The position numbers were made by a program, and so were the translations under genes. Shown here piece by piece: positions 1 through 42,736 of a stretch of 64,000 nucleotides of DNA. Source of the stretch: Eledone cirrhosa (lineage: Eukaryota). The stretch is from contig OZ024752.1 of assembly GCA_964016885.1 (NCBI GenBank), positions 38,998,001 to 39,062,000 on the forward strand. The letters run 5' to 3'. Position 1 is the stretch's first letter. Each line of letters begins with the position of its first letter. Below the pieces are notes generated by a model, which ran no database searches, was not told the origin of the DNA, and worked only from the letters and a program-made list of their open reading frames with translations.

Positions 1-321
1 TAAATTCTTGAAGATTTTGTTTAACCTAATAGTCACTATTGTCATCATCATCATCATATCAGTTGTTTTTTTTTTTTCATGCTGGCATGGGCTGGACATG
101 CCTCGGTGTCTTATCACAGGTTGGGGTGTGCATCACCTTGCACACAACAACAGAGTAAACCACCCAGTTTTGTTGTGTATATCTGTTGTTTATTAGATGT
201 AACTCATGCATTCTTGTGTGCATTTCATTAGAATATTGTAACGGAACCATTGAGATTTTGGGGTACTTTCAAGCCAGATTTTAGTGTTTTCATGGGCTTT
301 ATTGTAAAGATTTTAGCATGT

Positions 322-552
322 TTAACCCTTTAGCATTTACATTACTCTATATTTACTATTTTATTTTTGCGGTAAAGGCTTTATCTCGCATAATTAATTA
401 TCTAACATAATATCAAATCTATGATTTTGATATTATTTATTTTGAGAACAATACCTTAACATCATTATGAGTGGCCGGTTACAGCCAGTTTGAACAGAAA
501 GAGGTGAGAGAATTCTGGCCAGATATGGCCAATTTAAATGCTAAAGGGTTAT
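322..552. mobile_element. piggyBac-type MITE (~230 bp)
   Basis: TTAA-CCCTTTAGCATTTA ... TAAATGCTAAAGGG-TTAT terminal inverted repeats; at least 7 copies in window. Confidence 0.8.
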
Positions 553-662
553 AACATTTTTTAGCTATCACTTTTAGTTATTGAAATGCCTTCACTTGAA
601 ATTGTAAAGATTAGGGTTGTATAATTACTTGCTTAATACTTTTAAAATTTATTTGAATTTAG

Positions 663-29439
<28,777 letters not shown>

Positions 29440-30340
29440 ATCTTCTCTGATTGCTGGTGTATCACAAAGAAACTGTTCTTTTGCCAATGGACATCTGTTA
29501 TGCCAGCAACTATGCATGTACATACCTGTAAACAATGCCGAATGGCAAGTCTTTATTGCAAAACCTGAAACTTTGCTATTGGGCCTAACTGGCTCAGTGG
29601 GATTGGCTGCTGCTGCTGCTGTTGCTTTCTCTTACTTTAGGATATTTTATTTCTTCAAATGTATTTTCATTTTAATAGCTTCTTCTAATCTGCTCTTAAA
29701 TTACAATCCTGTCTTGTTATCACTTCTGCTCTATCCAAATCCCTTTTCCTTTTCACTCAAAGAACCTTTTCTTTTCAGCCCTTCAGACAGCAGATTCCCC
29801 CCCTACCATCACCACCTTTCTATCCTGCCACACCTATCCAAGTCTGTTCTTCACCCCCCCCCCCCCTACTCCTCTCTTTTTTTTTTTTTTTTAAATGCAT
29901 AATGCTTATTCCATGCTGGTGTTAATTCACAGTGGAGGAAGAAAGTTTTTGCACATAGAAACTTTCATTAAAACAAAACCCAGTTCTTATGGATTAAACA
30001 ATGGTTCATTTCATTTGCTTCTTATTTCCTCTGCTTCCCTTTTATTTAATCTCTTCCTCTTCTCTTCTATTCCTTCATTTCATATTATATATTATTCCAT
30101 TTTATTTATTGTTTTAATTTTTACATCCCTAGTATTGATTTCCACTGAAATCTCTCCCATTTAAAAGAAAAAAAAAAAAAAAATAATCATCTCTACTACA
30201 AGAAACAAAAACAGCCAAATCCTATTGACATAAGCGTATTTTTAAGCTCCTATCAACTTGTTGCCTTTCTCTCTTGTGTGATTGCTTTGTTTATTGGAAT
30301 GATTTGCAATGAGACTTATTTTTTTTTTTTTAAATGACAA

Positions 30341-30690
30341 CCCTCTCCCCCTCTCTCTCTCCCTCCCAAATCCCTCTTTCTCTCTCCCTCCCTCCCAAAT
30401 CCCTCTTTCTCTCTCCCTCCCTCCCAAATCCCTCTTTCTCCCTCCCTCCCAAATCCCTCTTTCTCTCTCCCTCCCAAATCCCTCTTTCTCTCTCCCTCCC
30501 AAATCCCCCTCTCTCTCTCCCCCTCCCAAATTGCCCTCTTTCTCTCCTTCCCAAAATTCTACCCTCTCCTTCCCCCAAAATCCTACCCTTTAATTCTCTT
30601 CACGAAACCCCACTCTCTCCCTCCCTCCATAAAACCCCTTACTCTCTCCCCCCACGAAACCACTCTCTCCCTCCACAGCCCCCCCCCCCA
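30341..30690. repeat. Pyrimidine-rich ~26-30-bp repeat (ccctcccaaatccctctttctctct)
   Basis: Visible. Confidence 0.85.
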
Positions 30691-30848
30691 ACAAAACAAG
30701 AAAAAAGAAAAACCCCTTATATAAAAATGTAAACAACACACAGTACATAGAAGAAAGCCTGAAGCAGTCGACCTCCCTTTTCCTCAAATATTTTGCTACG
30801 GATTTCTTCATAACAGCAGTTTCATTTAATGATAGGCAGTTTTTGTTG

Positions 30849-30896
<48 letters not shown>

Positions 30897-31411
30897 GCTC
30901 ACACACACACACACCATATTATATTATGACTGTTTAACTATTATATTATAATGCGTGTTACAATGTCTGTTGATTAGGTACTGAACTCTTTATATGTAAA
31001 ACATGAGTTATTTCCTACTGCCAGCATTGCATTGTATATTTTCTAGGTATAACACTTGAATTTTAGTTGCCTAATGAAGGCAATATTATAATAACTATTG
31101 TTTATTGTCATAATATGAAACCCCCCTCTCCCTCAATTCGATGCCTTCTAGTTTCAGTTCATTCCTTATTTGAATTTTTTGTGCTGAAATTGAAGTGTGA
31201 AAATATTTAGGTTATCTGAATATGTATGGTAAAGTGGTAGGATGTATTGTAACTCTTTACATTTACCAAGGAAGACATCACTGAAAGAGAAACCCTTGGA
31301 AATGTTCAGTTCATTGCTGCTTCTTATCTTAATCTAATTATGTATGAGAAGCTCATTATGAACAATGATACCTTGTTAGCTTACTTTTCATGTATCTTTT
31401 GTGACTTTCTC

Positions 31412-31472
<61 letters not shown>

Positions 31473-31664
31473 TCCTCCAAGCTACTTGTAGATTCCAGGA
31501 AGGCTGATCTATTGATCTCCCCTCCTTCACTTCTGTCTTGCTGGAGGGCATTAGTCTACATCTTTGAATTTAGTTAAATGGATTTACGAATTTGACTTTA
31601 TTTTGCCATTTCTTCCATCTTATCTTCAATTAGTTTATTTCCCTTTACTAGCTTATATTTTGTG

Positions 31665-31711
<47 letters not shown>

Positions 31712-32258
31712 GTGAATGTATGTATGTGTGTGTGTGTGTGTATATATATAAAAAAATATAGTGTATATATATAATTATATATTTATATTTATTTATATAT
31801 ATATAGATCACACAAGTAGTTTTGATGAGTGTTTTTTAATTTGATTTTAGTTTCTTTTACTAATTAATTGTTGGATCTTATTTCTTATATGCAATACAGA
31901 CAAAAGGAAATGTCCATCTTTAGATAATATTGACATTTAAAAGTAAATTTAGTAGAATTAGCAGTATAGTGCCGTCTATGAATATTGAAACATTTTATAT
32001 CAACTATTTCAGATGTGTGTATGTGTATATATTTCCGTATGTGGTTGATGGCTGAGGGAAAAAGAGTACTTAATACCGAAGTAGTTTTTTTATTACAAGA
32101 TTATCTGATGAGCCTGTGATAAACAGGCAAAACTCCAGAGTAACAAGACTCACTATTTAGCTTTAATAAAATGAATATATATATATATATATATAATAAT
32201 AATTAGTATAATCGAAGTTGCAGCTGCACAATAGCAGATAAACAATCGAATATATATA

Positions 32259-32305
<47 letters not shown>

Positions 32306-32307
<2 letters not shown>

Positions 32308-32630
32308 AGGCACATGGCTTAGTGGTTAGAGCATTGGCCTTGCAATCGAAAGGTTGTGAGTTCAATTCTCAGACCGGGTGATGTGTTGTTTCCTTGAGCA
32401 AGACACTTTATTTCACATTGCTCCAGTTTACTCAGCTGTAGAAATGAGTCCCTATCATTCCACTGCAAAGTGGTCGTGGAGGTGCCACGGCAAAAAAGCA
32501 CCCAGCACTCACTGTAAATGAGGTTGGTGTTAGGAAGGGCATCCAGCTGTAGAAATCAAGCCAGAATCAGTTCCTGTCCCACCCTTGCAAGCAGGGAAAA
32601 AGCGGACGTAAAATGAAATGATGATGATGA

Positions 32631-32633
<3 letters not shown>
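32306..32633 (+). mobile_element. CORE-type SINE with RTE tail, inserted in (TA)n
   Basis: Reverse complement of 20221-20565 with a small deletion. Confidence 0.85.
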
Positions 32634-32666
<33 letters not shown>

Positions 32667-32761
32667 TTTTTTATTATCTATTTGAGATAAACATCAAGTA
32701 TCATGTATTCAAATTGATAATTCAATATACCAAACTTACTGATGCATTAGTTAGGATTTTG

Positions 32762-32983
32762 TTTAGCATTTACATTACTCTATATATACTATTGTATTTT
32801 CATGGTAAAGGCTTTACCTCACTTAACTATCTTGCATAATATCGAATCTATGAGATTTTGATGTTGGTTATTTTGAGAACAATACCTTCATATAGATATA
32901 AGCTGCCAGTTACAGCTGGTTTGAACAGAAAGAGGTGATAGAATTCTGGTCAGATATGGCTGGTTTAAATTCTAAAAGGTTAA
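32762..32983. mobile_element. piggyBac-type MITE copy
   Basis: Same body as 322-552. Confidence 0.75.
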
Positions 32984-33221
32984 GAGTGTCTTGTAGAAAC
33001 ATTTTCCAGCTTAGAAATAAGAGATGAGTTTATCTTCTGGTAATACAGTCCAAATACCTATATATAAGCTAATTCTGTTGTTACCTTTATTGAAATCACA
33101 GCAGATTATCCCTGCAACTTCAATATTTAGCTAATATTTACATTTCATACATTGTTAATTTTATCTTTGTTTTCTAAATTTGATATGTAATAGATATATG
33201 TACATATATAGATATATGTAC

Positions 33222-33252
<31 letters not shown>

Positions 33253-33459
33253 TATATAAATGGTTTCGGTTAGGGTTAGAGGTAGTACCAATGTCAGATA
33301 GTGAGTGATTCACAATAACCAACATTTAGTTTACCTCATGTCTTTAAAGTCAGTACTTCTGTCTCAGTATTTATTTTGACTGCGTCTCAGTTGTTTAAAA
33401 TCTCTTGTTGCAAATAACAACGTTAAGGATAGTATCTTTTGTCTTTTGTTAGATTAAGA

Positions 33460-33535
<76 letters not shown>

Positions 33536-33612
33536 CACATCTATCTATCTCTCTTGATAATATATATCTACATGCGCGCACACACGCACACACACACACA
33601 CATGTATGTTGG

Positions 33613-33683
<71 letters not shown>

Positions 33684-36155
33684 ATGTAGATATGTATATA
33701 TATGTATGTAATGTAGATATGTATATATATATATATAATGTATGTAATGTATGTGTGTGTATATATATATATATAGTATTGTGTGTTTAACTTGTTATAT
33801 TTTTAAATTGTTTAAGTTAATACAGTTTTTAAAACTTTACTGAAAATGTCAATATTATGGAATTTAACATTTTTTTAACTCTTAACATCCTGCAATAATT
33901 TAGGACAGAATATCTAAAAGAAAATTTGTTAATTCAATTGTTTATAGTATCTTTACTAGTGGCCAGATTGTTATAAAAATTTGCAGTAATCTAAAGACTT
34001 AAAATTTTTAATGTGATGATGCAGTCATAGTGTGTTGTTTTGTACTATTTAAAGAATGTTTTGCTAATGTGGTTTCATGCGGTACAGGATGTTAAGTGTT
34101 AAATTAACCCAAGGATGCAATCTGATCCAGCTATGTTTATTTAACCTTCATGGTATTGGTTTTCTCTAATATAATGTTTATTCCGCTGTAGAGTATGGAA
34201 GCAGGGAGATTTCATTGATGGCATTTGGTTGTTAAAGATTTAAAAGAATTTTTTTTTTTTTTTTTTTTCTTTTGCTTATTTTATTGAAATCTCTGGGGAA
34301 AGGGATGACTGTTAGACTTCTTTTTTTTTTTTTTGTTGCATATAATCCCCCTTGGTTAAATAGTTTGCAAGATATCAAAAAATCATTATCACGTTGATAA
34401 ATATAATTGGCAACGATGAATTTCATTTTTTTGAAAATTTGTAAATATTTATATACATAATGTATCTTCACAATTTACCAAGATGAACTGAAATTTCTCT
34501 CCTCACTTCCCTCTCCTATGGCCATGCTAATCAGATGTAATTAGATGTATACAATAAAAAAGATGACTTGTGAATTCCAGTTCCCACCTACATGTTGTTA
34601 TAAAATGTAGGAGTCAGAATTAGCTAGAAATCCGTGACATTGTTGAAACAAGTTCTTTTCTTTTTCTCATTTCTAAATAGTGTTAAGCTAAATACTCTTT
34701 CATCTATACTATATAGTCATTTGATAGCGCTTGAGACTTACTCATGTTGTCATTGACAACTTGCTAGCAGTTTACTAACAAGCCAAAAGACTGAATTCTT
34801 TATTCGGTTTTAGTTTTATCTTAGATGTAAGATAACATTTTAACATTCTTAAACATATTTTTCTCTCCCCCCCGTATTGGCAATTTCAACCGGTTTCAAA
34901 GTATTTTCCTTTTTCCACTTCAAGATGTAGACAACACTATATATTTACTTCAAATACAGGAAACAATGAAAATTAGGATCAGCACAGGGTATTTTTGTGC
35001 AATTTGCAGCTCTGTTGATTAGAGTGCACCGGTCAGTCCACAGCCAATAGAAGTCTGGAGTTGTTTTTTTGGTACTTATGGAATCCCATTATTCATAGGA
35101 TATGAATAATGACTTAATATATAAATAATATTTTTTTATATACAATATGAAAAAAGTTTAAAAAAATTACCAAGAAAACATAGTTCACCAATTTTTTTTT
35201 AAATTGGTTAAGATTTGTTGTTCTTGATATTTGTGTACAGGGAACAGGTATTCAGCCAGTTCTTACTACATTGACAATATGCCATATACTGAAATTGTCC
35301 ACCTTATTGGCTGAAAAAGATGTCTGTGATAAATTAAGAGATTTAAATTTAAAAAAAAATCTAACAAAAATATGGCAATTTATGGCTTCAATGTTGATAG
35401 ATTTGGTGGTTTTTAAAAGTATGGCAGGTTTTATAAAAAAGAAAATTAAGTCCTGCTCAATTTTGAAGCTATTTGAATATTGCTGTATCAATATGCAATA
35501 TTCAAATCCTATTTGTCTATTGAAAGTTATATATGTGTTTATGTATATAAGTGTCTACACACACTCACATACACATGTAAGTATTACATTTTGCTAATGT
35601 AGTCGTTTACTTGGTTACAAGTAAACATATAACATTTAAAAAAAAAAAAACCACCCTCCACAAATGTAGACTTTTAAAAAGTGTCTACCAGTTTAAAACG
35701 TTGGTTTGTAGAGCCATATGATGTGACGTTCATCATCCCCTCCCATATACTATATTTCTTTACAGCTAGTTTCATAACTTCTTATCTCTCCTTCAAACAC
35801 TTGCTTGCAATTTTTTTTTTCTTCTCTTTATGACTAACAATGTTGGTAGTAGTAGTGTGTGTATATATGAGAGAGAGCGAGAGAGCGAGAGAGAGAGAAA
35901 GTTAGCCGAGTGCATGCATGTGTGTTCATGAAAGATTTGATCTGTGATAGCTGTTGAAGTCGGGCTGTGATTGCTCCTATGGAAAACCTGGTTCTTATTT
36001 TTTTAGACCTGGTTCAGTTGGTTGGTTTAATTGACTCTGCATTACCGGCTGATCTGTCACCAATCTGTTTTCTATTGTTGCTGCTGCTGCTACAATATTA
36101 CAACAACTGTTACTATTACCCATGATTATATATACATAAATATATGTGGGTATAA

Positions 36156-36191
<36 letters not shown>

Positions 36192-36959
36192 AGTATATAT
36201 ATATATATATATATATGCATGTATATATATATATATATATGCATGTATATATATATATATATATGCATGTATATATATATATATATATGCATGTATATAT
36301 ATATATATATATATATATGCATGTATATATATATATGCATGTGTGTATATATGTATATGTATATATAGTATGAAAACCATCACTACCATCACCATTGTCG
36401 CTGTCGCTGCCTTTGTAAATCTTTGATGCCTGGTTTATTTACCGTTCTCAGCTAGTCATCATATCCAGATAATTATTTTTATCCTGCTTCTAGATTAGGA
36501 TCACAACCACCACCACCACCACCACCACTACTACTACTCTTATTCCTACTACTATTACTACTACTCTGTATCAGTGATGATGATGATGATAACACTGAGT
36601 GATGTTAAGTACTAATCTTCTGCAAATAAAATTCTTTTAAAGATTGTTCTTAAACTTGTTTACTATTGTTTACATATTAATGTCATATAAAATGTTTTAA
36701 ATTAATCTCTGTATTATTTCATTTCTCTCTCTGTTTTTATTTTGTTTTTGTTCACCTGGGTGTTTTATCATATTAACCTGGCTGTAATGTAAAAGACCTG
36801 TCTTCCTGTACAAGCACTGTGACACTAAAAGCAAATGTAGTGAGTGACCTGGGGCTAAAGTGTTGGTGATCAAACAGGGGTCAATATTGGGTTTGATAGG
36901 ACCTTTTAATTTGGATGAGCATGTGAAAACCTCTAGTAGTGGTGCCACAATAAAATCCA

Positions 36960-38760
36960 CCCAGTACACTGTGTAAAGTGTTAGTGTTGGCGCTGAATAC
37001 ACTTTGTAAAGTGGTAGTGTTGTAGTCATAAAATGCATCCAGTACACTCTGTAAAGAGGTAGTGTTGGAGTCATAAAATGCATCCAGTACACTTTGTAAA
37101 GAGGTAGTGTTGGAGTCATAAAATGCATCCAGTACACTTTGTAAAGAGGTAGTGTTGGAGTCATAAAATGCATCCAGTACACTTTGTAAAGAGGTAGTGT
37201 TGGAGTCATAAAATGCATCCAGTACACTCTGTAAAGAGGTAGTGTTGGAGTCATAAAATGCATCCAGTACACTCTGTAAAGTGGTAGTGTTGGAGTCATA
37301 AAATGCATCCAGTACACTCTGTAAAGAGGTAGTGTTGGAGTCATAAAATGCATCCAGTACACTCTGTAAAGTGGTAGTGTTGGAGTCATAAAATGCATCC
37401 AGTACACTCTGTAAAGTGGTAGTGTTGGAGTCATAAAATGCATCCAGTACACTCTGTAAAGAGGTAGTGTTGGAGTCATAAAATGCATCCAGTACACTTT
37501 GTAAAGAGGTAGTGTTGGAGTCATAAAATGCATCCAGTACACTTTGTAAAGAGGTAGTGTTGGAGTCATAAAATGCATCCAGTACACTTTGTAAAGTGGT
37601 AGTGTTGGAGTCATAAAATGCATCCAGTACACTTTGTAAAGAGGTAGTGTTGGAGTCATAAAATGCATCCAGTACACTTTGTAAAGGTAGTGTTGGAGTC
37701 ATAAAATGCATCCAGTACACTCTGTAAAGAGGTAGTGTTGGAGTCATAAAATGCATCCAGTACACTTTGTAAAGAGGTAGTGTTGGAGTCATAAAATGCA
37801 TCCAGTACACTTTGTAAAGAGGTAGTGTTGGAGTCATAAAATGCATCCAGTACACTTTGTAAAGGTAGTGTTGGAGTCATAAAATGCATCCAGTACACTC
37901 TGTAAAGAGGTAGTGTTGGAGTCATAAAATGCATCCAGTACACTCTGTAAAGAGGTAGTGTTGGAGTCATAAAATGCATCCAGTACACTCTGTAAAGTGG
38001 TAGTGTTGGAGTCATAAAATGCATCCAGTACACTTTGTAAAGAGGTAGTGTTGGAGTCATAAAATGCATCCAGTACACTCTGTAAAGAGGTAGTGTTGGA
38101 GTCATAAAATGCATCCAGTACACTCTGTAAAGAGGTAGTGTTGGAGTCATAAAATGCATCCAGTACACTCTGTAAAGAGGTAGTGTTGGAGTCATAAAAT
38201 GCATCCAGTACACTCTGTAAAGAGGTAGTGTTGGAGTCATAAAATGCATCCAGTACACTCTGTAAAGAGGTAGTGTTGGAGTCATAAAATGCATCCAGTA
38301 CACTCTGTAAAGAGGTAGTGTTGGAGTCATAAAATGCATCCAGTACACTCTGTAAAGTGGTAGTGTTGGAGTCATAAAATGCATCCAGTACACTCTGTAA
38401 AGAGGTAGTGTTGGAGTCATAAAATGCATCCAGTACACTCTGTAAAGAGGTAGTGTTGGAGTCATAAAATGCATCCAGTACACTCTGTAAAGAGGTAGTG
38501 TTGGAGTCATAAAATGCATCCAGTACACTTTGTAAAGAGGTAGTGTTGGAGTCATAAAATGCATCCAGTACACTCTGTAAAGTGGTAGTGTTGGAGTCAT
38601 AAAATGCATCCAGTACACTTTGTAAAGAGGTAGTGTTGGAGTCATAAAATGCATCCAGTACACTTTGTAAAGAGGTAGTGTTGGAGTCATAAAATGCATC
38701 CAGTTCACTTTGTAAAGAGGTTGTGTTGGAGCTGCGAAAAAACATACCAAGTACACTTTA
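36960..38760. repeat. 45-bp minisatellite (aaaatgcatccagtacactctgtaaagaggtagtgttggagtcat), ~39 units, derived from a SINE/RTE tail module
   Basis: Visible tandem units; flanks continue into the gttaggaagagcatccagcc tail motif. Confidence 0.95.
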
Positions 38761-38959
38761 TAAGATGTTAATGTAGGTGCCATGACAAAATACACCTAGT
38801 ACACCATGTAAGATAAGGTGGTTTATGTTAGGAAGAGCATCCAGCCATAGAAACTGTGCCAGATAGGGAACATGAGCAAAAAGGGTTGATTAAACCTTTT
38901 GTGTGCAAAGTGAAGATTAATCAATAATGAAAAACATGAAATAATGGAAAATAACCCAA

Positions 38960-39154
38960 CATTACTCTATATTTACTATTACATTTTCATGGTAAAGACT
39001 TTACATAATCATCTCACAATATCGAATCTGAAATTTTGATATTAATTTGAGAACCATGCCTTAACATAAGTATGAGCAGCTGGTTGCAACTGGTTTGATT
39101 TAAAGGGGAGAGGATTCTGGCCTGATATGGCCGGTTTAAATGCTAAAGAGTTAA
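38960..39154. mobile_element. piggyBac-type MITE copy
   Basis: Ends ggccggtttaaatgctaaagag-ttaa. Confidence 0.7.
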
Positions 39155-39434
39155 ACATTCTTTTAATTGGGACAATTTAATCTTTTGGAGCAAATTCTTA
39201 ATGGAAATGGCGGAAATTAAATTTGAATTCCATCCTTTGTCCTGTTTGTGGCAAGACAAAACGCCCAGTCCACTCTGTAAGGGGGTCGTGCTGGTGACAA
39301 CAAAAAGCACCCAGTCCACTCTGTAAGGTGACAACTGGGACCTGTCAGAGAACCAGTTAAGCATGGTCTCCCCAAACTATATCCGAAGATCACAATCTTC
39401 CACTGATAGTTTCTGGCAATAATGGTTTCTTAGT

Positions 39435-39618
39435 CACAAGGCCAGCAATTTGGTGGGAGGGGGAAGTCGATTAAATCAACCCCAGTGCGTGACTGGTACT
39501 TTATTTTATCGACCCCGTAAGGATGAAAGGCAAAGTTAACCTCGGCGGGATTTAAACTCAGATCATAACGGGCCGTAACTCTGCTGCAAAGCATGGCGTC
39601 CGACCCTCTGCCAATGCG
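39435..39618 (-). mobile_element. Nin/Deu-like SINE copy
   Basis: Reverse complement of the 3206-3393 family. Confidence 0.78.
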
Positions 39619-39619
39619 C

Positions 39620-39900
39620 TTACCAAGGATGCCATTGTAACTCCTTTAAAACAGTTCGTACAGTGTAGTGGTATAGATTACTTTCACGAGTGGCCTGGCG
39701 TGTTGACATTTGGGGGACTTCAGTTGAACATTTTTCTGTATCTTTTGCACATTTTCTTTCCAATCTGGATGTTGAAGGGCGACCGCTTCTGATGTGATTT
39801 ATCACAGACCCTGTACTCATCAGCTTGGAATAACAGTTTCTTATGGTTCTGACATCTACTGAAGCACAGGGTCCATGAACACTGTGCCACGGACTGCCGC
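39620..39900 (-). mobile_element. Tc1/mariner-superfamily transposase N-terminal HTH fragment
   Basis: RTIRNCYSKLMSTGSV...RSGRPSTS...P.MSTRQATRE...TVRTVLK.L.WHPW matches the TGSV..RSGRP..SP..S.R pattern. Confidence 0.65.
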
Positions 39901-40054
39901 ACTTCAAAACGGGATGCTGAGGCCGCTTATGCAGCGTCAGACGTGCCATTCTGGACAGCACTTGTCACTCTAGACCTCCCCTCACTCCAGAATTTAGCAA
40001 TGAAATTCTACCACTTTAGGGATTACAATATATTTTGTTTCATGCAAATGTGGT

Positions 40055-40180
40055 GCCGCGACAGGTTTGAGGTCGAGCCCATGGCAGTGGAGACTTCTGG
40101 TGTCCTTGGCCCTAGGGCTACCTTCCTGCTCTTCCAGCGTATCTCACCATCCTCCGGGGAAACGCCTTCTCCATTCTGTT
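40055..40180 (+). mobile_element. Third CRE-like RLE 3' fragment
   Basis: RFEVEPMAVETSGVLGPRA...LFQRIS, then frameshifted ILRGNAFSIL. Confidence 0.6.
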
Positions 40181-40484
40181 AACCGGCCGCGGGCCTCCAT
40201 TTGCTCATAATAGTGAGAGGAGAGAGACGGAGGCAATGACAGTGGAAGTTTGGTTCTTTTGTGTTCGGACCCTGTGTATGTTTCACGGACACTGAATAAC
40301 TCATGTTTTTGTTTTGTCTCCTAGTTTGTAATTGGAGTTGTTGCTGTTGTTGTTTAGTCCACGGTGAATCAAGTGCGAACCGATCTATGATCAAAAACGT
40401 GCCTGAGTTAACAAAGGTTATACGATTTTCAGGGACATTCGGCGTAACACTGTTATAAGGCCAGTCGTTTGAAATATAATTACA

Positions 40485-40660
40485 TTCTCTCCGACGGGCT
40501 TATAAACAGTTTCCGTCGACCCAATTTCACTCACAAGGTATAGATCGATCCGCCGAGGCTATGATAAATAACACTTGCCCAAGATGTCAGGCAGTGGGAT
40601 TGAAACCGGTACCTATACCTACCTTATGATTGCGAAGCGAACTTCTCAACCATTCAGCCA
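40485..40660 (-). mobile_element. CORE-type tRNA SINE, different subfamily
   Basis: Minus strand TGGCTGAATGGTTGAG...GGTTTCAATCCCAC...CTTGGGCAAGTGTT. Confidence 0.65.
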
Positions 40661-41227
40661 AACGACATCAACACCAACAACATGAATTAATACAAAAAAA
40701 ACCCCTGCTTACTGCCTGAACTAAGATCACGTGAATATAGAGAGGACACCATATTAATAGCGATAAAAGAAACAAAAGAAACATAAACAGCACAAAAGCA
40801 GCAACAATGACAATAGCATAAAAAGTTACCAATCCGTTAAAGATTGAATATTTTACAGAAAAAAAAAAAAAAAAAAAATCAACAGAAATTAAGGGAAATC
40901 ACAACCAATATAGTTTTGATTAAATATTGCTATTTGAGCGGTTGATGTTAACATCGTTAACATATTTGTTCATGGCGTTCCTGTAGTTATTGCCGCTTAC
41001 TAATCATTTTTTTTTTTCGGTGGGGGGGGTTTCTGGTCAAAAGAATGAATAATTCTGATTGGTTTTAAATTAATTTATAAAATTTAATCTTTAAAGGGTT
41101 GGAACTTTTAAAAAATTTATTATTTTTATTAAAAAAATTCTTTTTTAATTAAAAAATTTTTTTAAAAATTAATTTCTCTCCAAAAGGTTGATAGATTGGT
41201 AGTAGAAACAATAGCATTTTCTTCAAA

Positions 41228-41400
41228 GGGCGGTGGATTGGTAATAGTAGAGCGTCGGACAACGTTTTGCGACATAGAGTTACGGCTCTTTACGTTCTGA
41301 GTTCAAATCCCACCGAGGTTAGCTTTGCCTTTCATCCTTACGGGACGGGGTCGATAAAATAAAGTACCAGTAACATACTGAGATTGATATAATCGACTTT
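41228..41400 (+). mobile_element. Nin/Deu-like SINE copy
   Basis: gggcggtggattgg...gagttcaaatccc...ctttgcctttcatcc. Confidence 0.78.
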
Positions 41401-41645
41401 TCTCTCAAGACACTTGATTTTATGTTGCTTCAGTTTATTCGACTGGACAACATCGGTGGCGTGGAGAGGGGAGATTGGTATACATGGGCGACCTCTGGTG
41501 TTCCACAAACAAACCTTGTTCAGACTTGTGCCTCGGACAGGAACTTTCTAGGTGTAAATCCCACGTCATTCGTGACTGAAGAAGGGCATTATCCTTTATC
41601 CTTCAAAAATGAAATTTTCAAGAGCTGTTTGCATCTCAAAAAGTA

Positions 41646-41811
41646 CCGTATTTCCCGGCGCCGAAGACGCTTCGTCTTCTAGGACGCACCCGAATTTTGA
41701 TAACCAAAAATTTTGAAAAAAAAAAATAACCTTCAGCCTCCAGGACGCATGGTAGATTTTTGAGGCTTATTTTAGGGGAAAAAGTAGCGTCTTCGACGCC
41801 GGGAAATACGG
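41646..41811. mobile_element. pogo/Tigger-like MITE with TA target duplication
   Basis: TA-CCGTATTTCCCGGCGCCGAAGACGC ... GCGTCTTCGACGCCGGGAAATACGG-TA (25-bp TIR, 1 mismatch). Confidence 0.85.
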
Positions 41812-42193
41812 TACTTTCTCTCGTTATGGAAACACCCCCACCCAGATGTAGAGTCAACAATCTAGGAGTACAAACCCACCCTAATAATTGTTTCTACTTT
41901 TAACACAAGGCCAGCAATTTGAAGGTTAGAAGAAAATCGATTAAATCGACTACAGAGCATTAATAGTACTATATATATATTCATACATACGCTGAGTAAT
42001 AACTGTCACAAAAGATTAATATTTTCTATATTAACAAGACTCAACCGATACAGAGAGTTTTTGACTATTATTTATATGGATAATTTCACTTCGGATTTAC
42101 CGTTTCTGCTTTCCTCATTTCCTTTTGAATCGTCCATTGTTGCTTTATTTCAACAAACACACCATAGAATGGAAATGTTTTTCATTCACACCT

Positions 42194-42422
42194 TTAACCG
42201 TTTAGCATTTATATTGCTCTATATATACTATTGTATTTTTGCGGTAAAGGCATTATCTTACATGATTATCTCACATAATATCGAATCTATGAGATTTTTA
42301 TGTTATTTATTTTGAGAAAAATACCTTAGCATCAATATGAGTGGCCAGCTACAGCCGGTTTGAACAGAAAGCGGTGAGAGAATTCTGGCCGGATACAGCC
42401 GTTTTAAATGCTAAAGGGTTAA
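42194..42422. mobile_element. piggyBac-type MITE copy
   Basis: TTAA-CCGTTTAGCATTTA ... TAAATGCTAAAGGG-TTAA. Confidence 0.82.
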
Positions 42423-42736
42423 CCTTTACAAGAAGAATATAATTGTTTCTACATTTGGCACAAGGCCAGCAATTAACCAGTGTATTACTGGTACTTTATT
42501 TTATCCACCCCGAAAGAATATAATGACATAAAAACGGTTGTTGAGCAACTAAAATATCATGAACACAACTGGATCATTTGTGTGAACTTGAAAATGGTCA
42601 ATTTCATCCTTGGTCAATAGAAAGGTTTTACAAAGTATCCTTGCTATCTCTGCATGTGAGACAGCCGAGCTCGAGAGAAACACTGGATCCAGAAGGAGTG
42701 GCCCATCCATGAAACTTTGGGAGCAGGCATACCAAA

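Noticed and set aside
32306-32378. tRNA gene
   Set aside because: Has A and B boxes but is the head of a multi-copy SINE with CORE body and RTE tail; no proper acceptor stem.
36697-38795. 300-380 aa repetitive ORFs on the minus strand
   Set aside because: Result of a 45-bp (multiple of 3) unit derived from a retroposon tail; broken by 2-bp deletions; no splice or start context.
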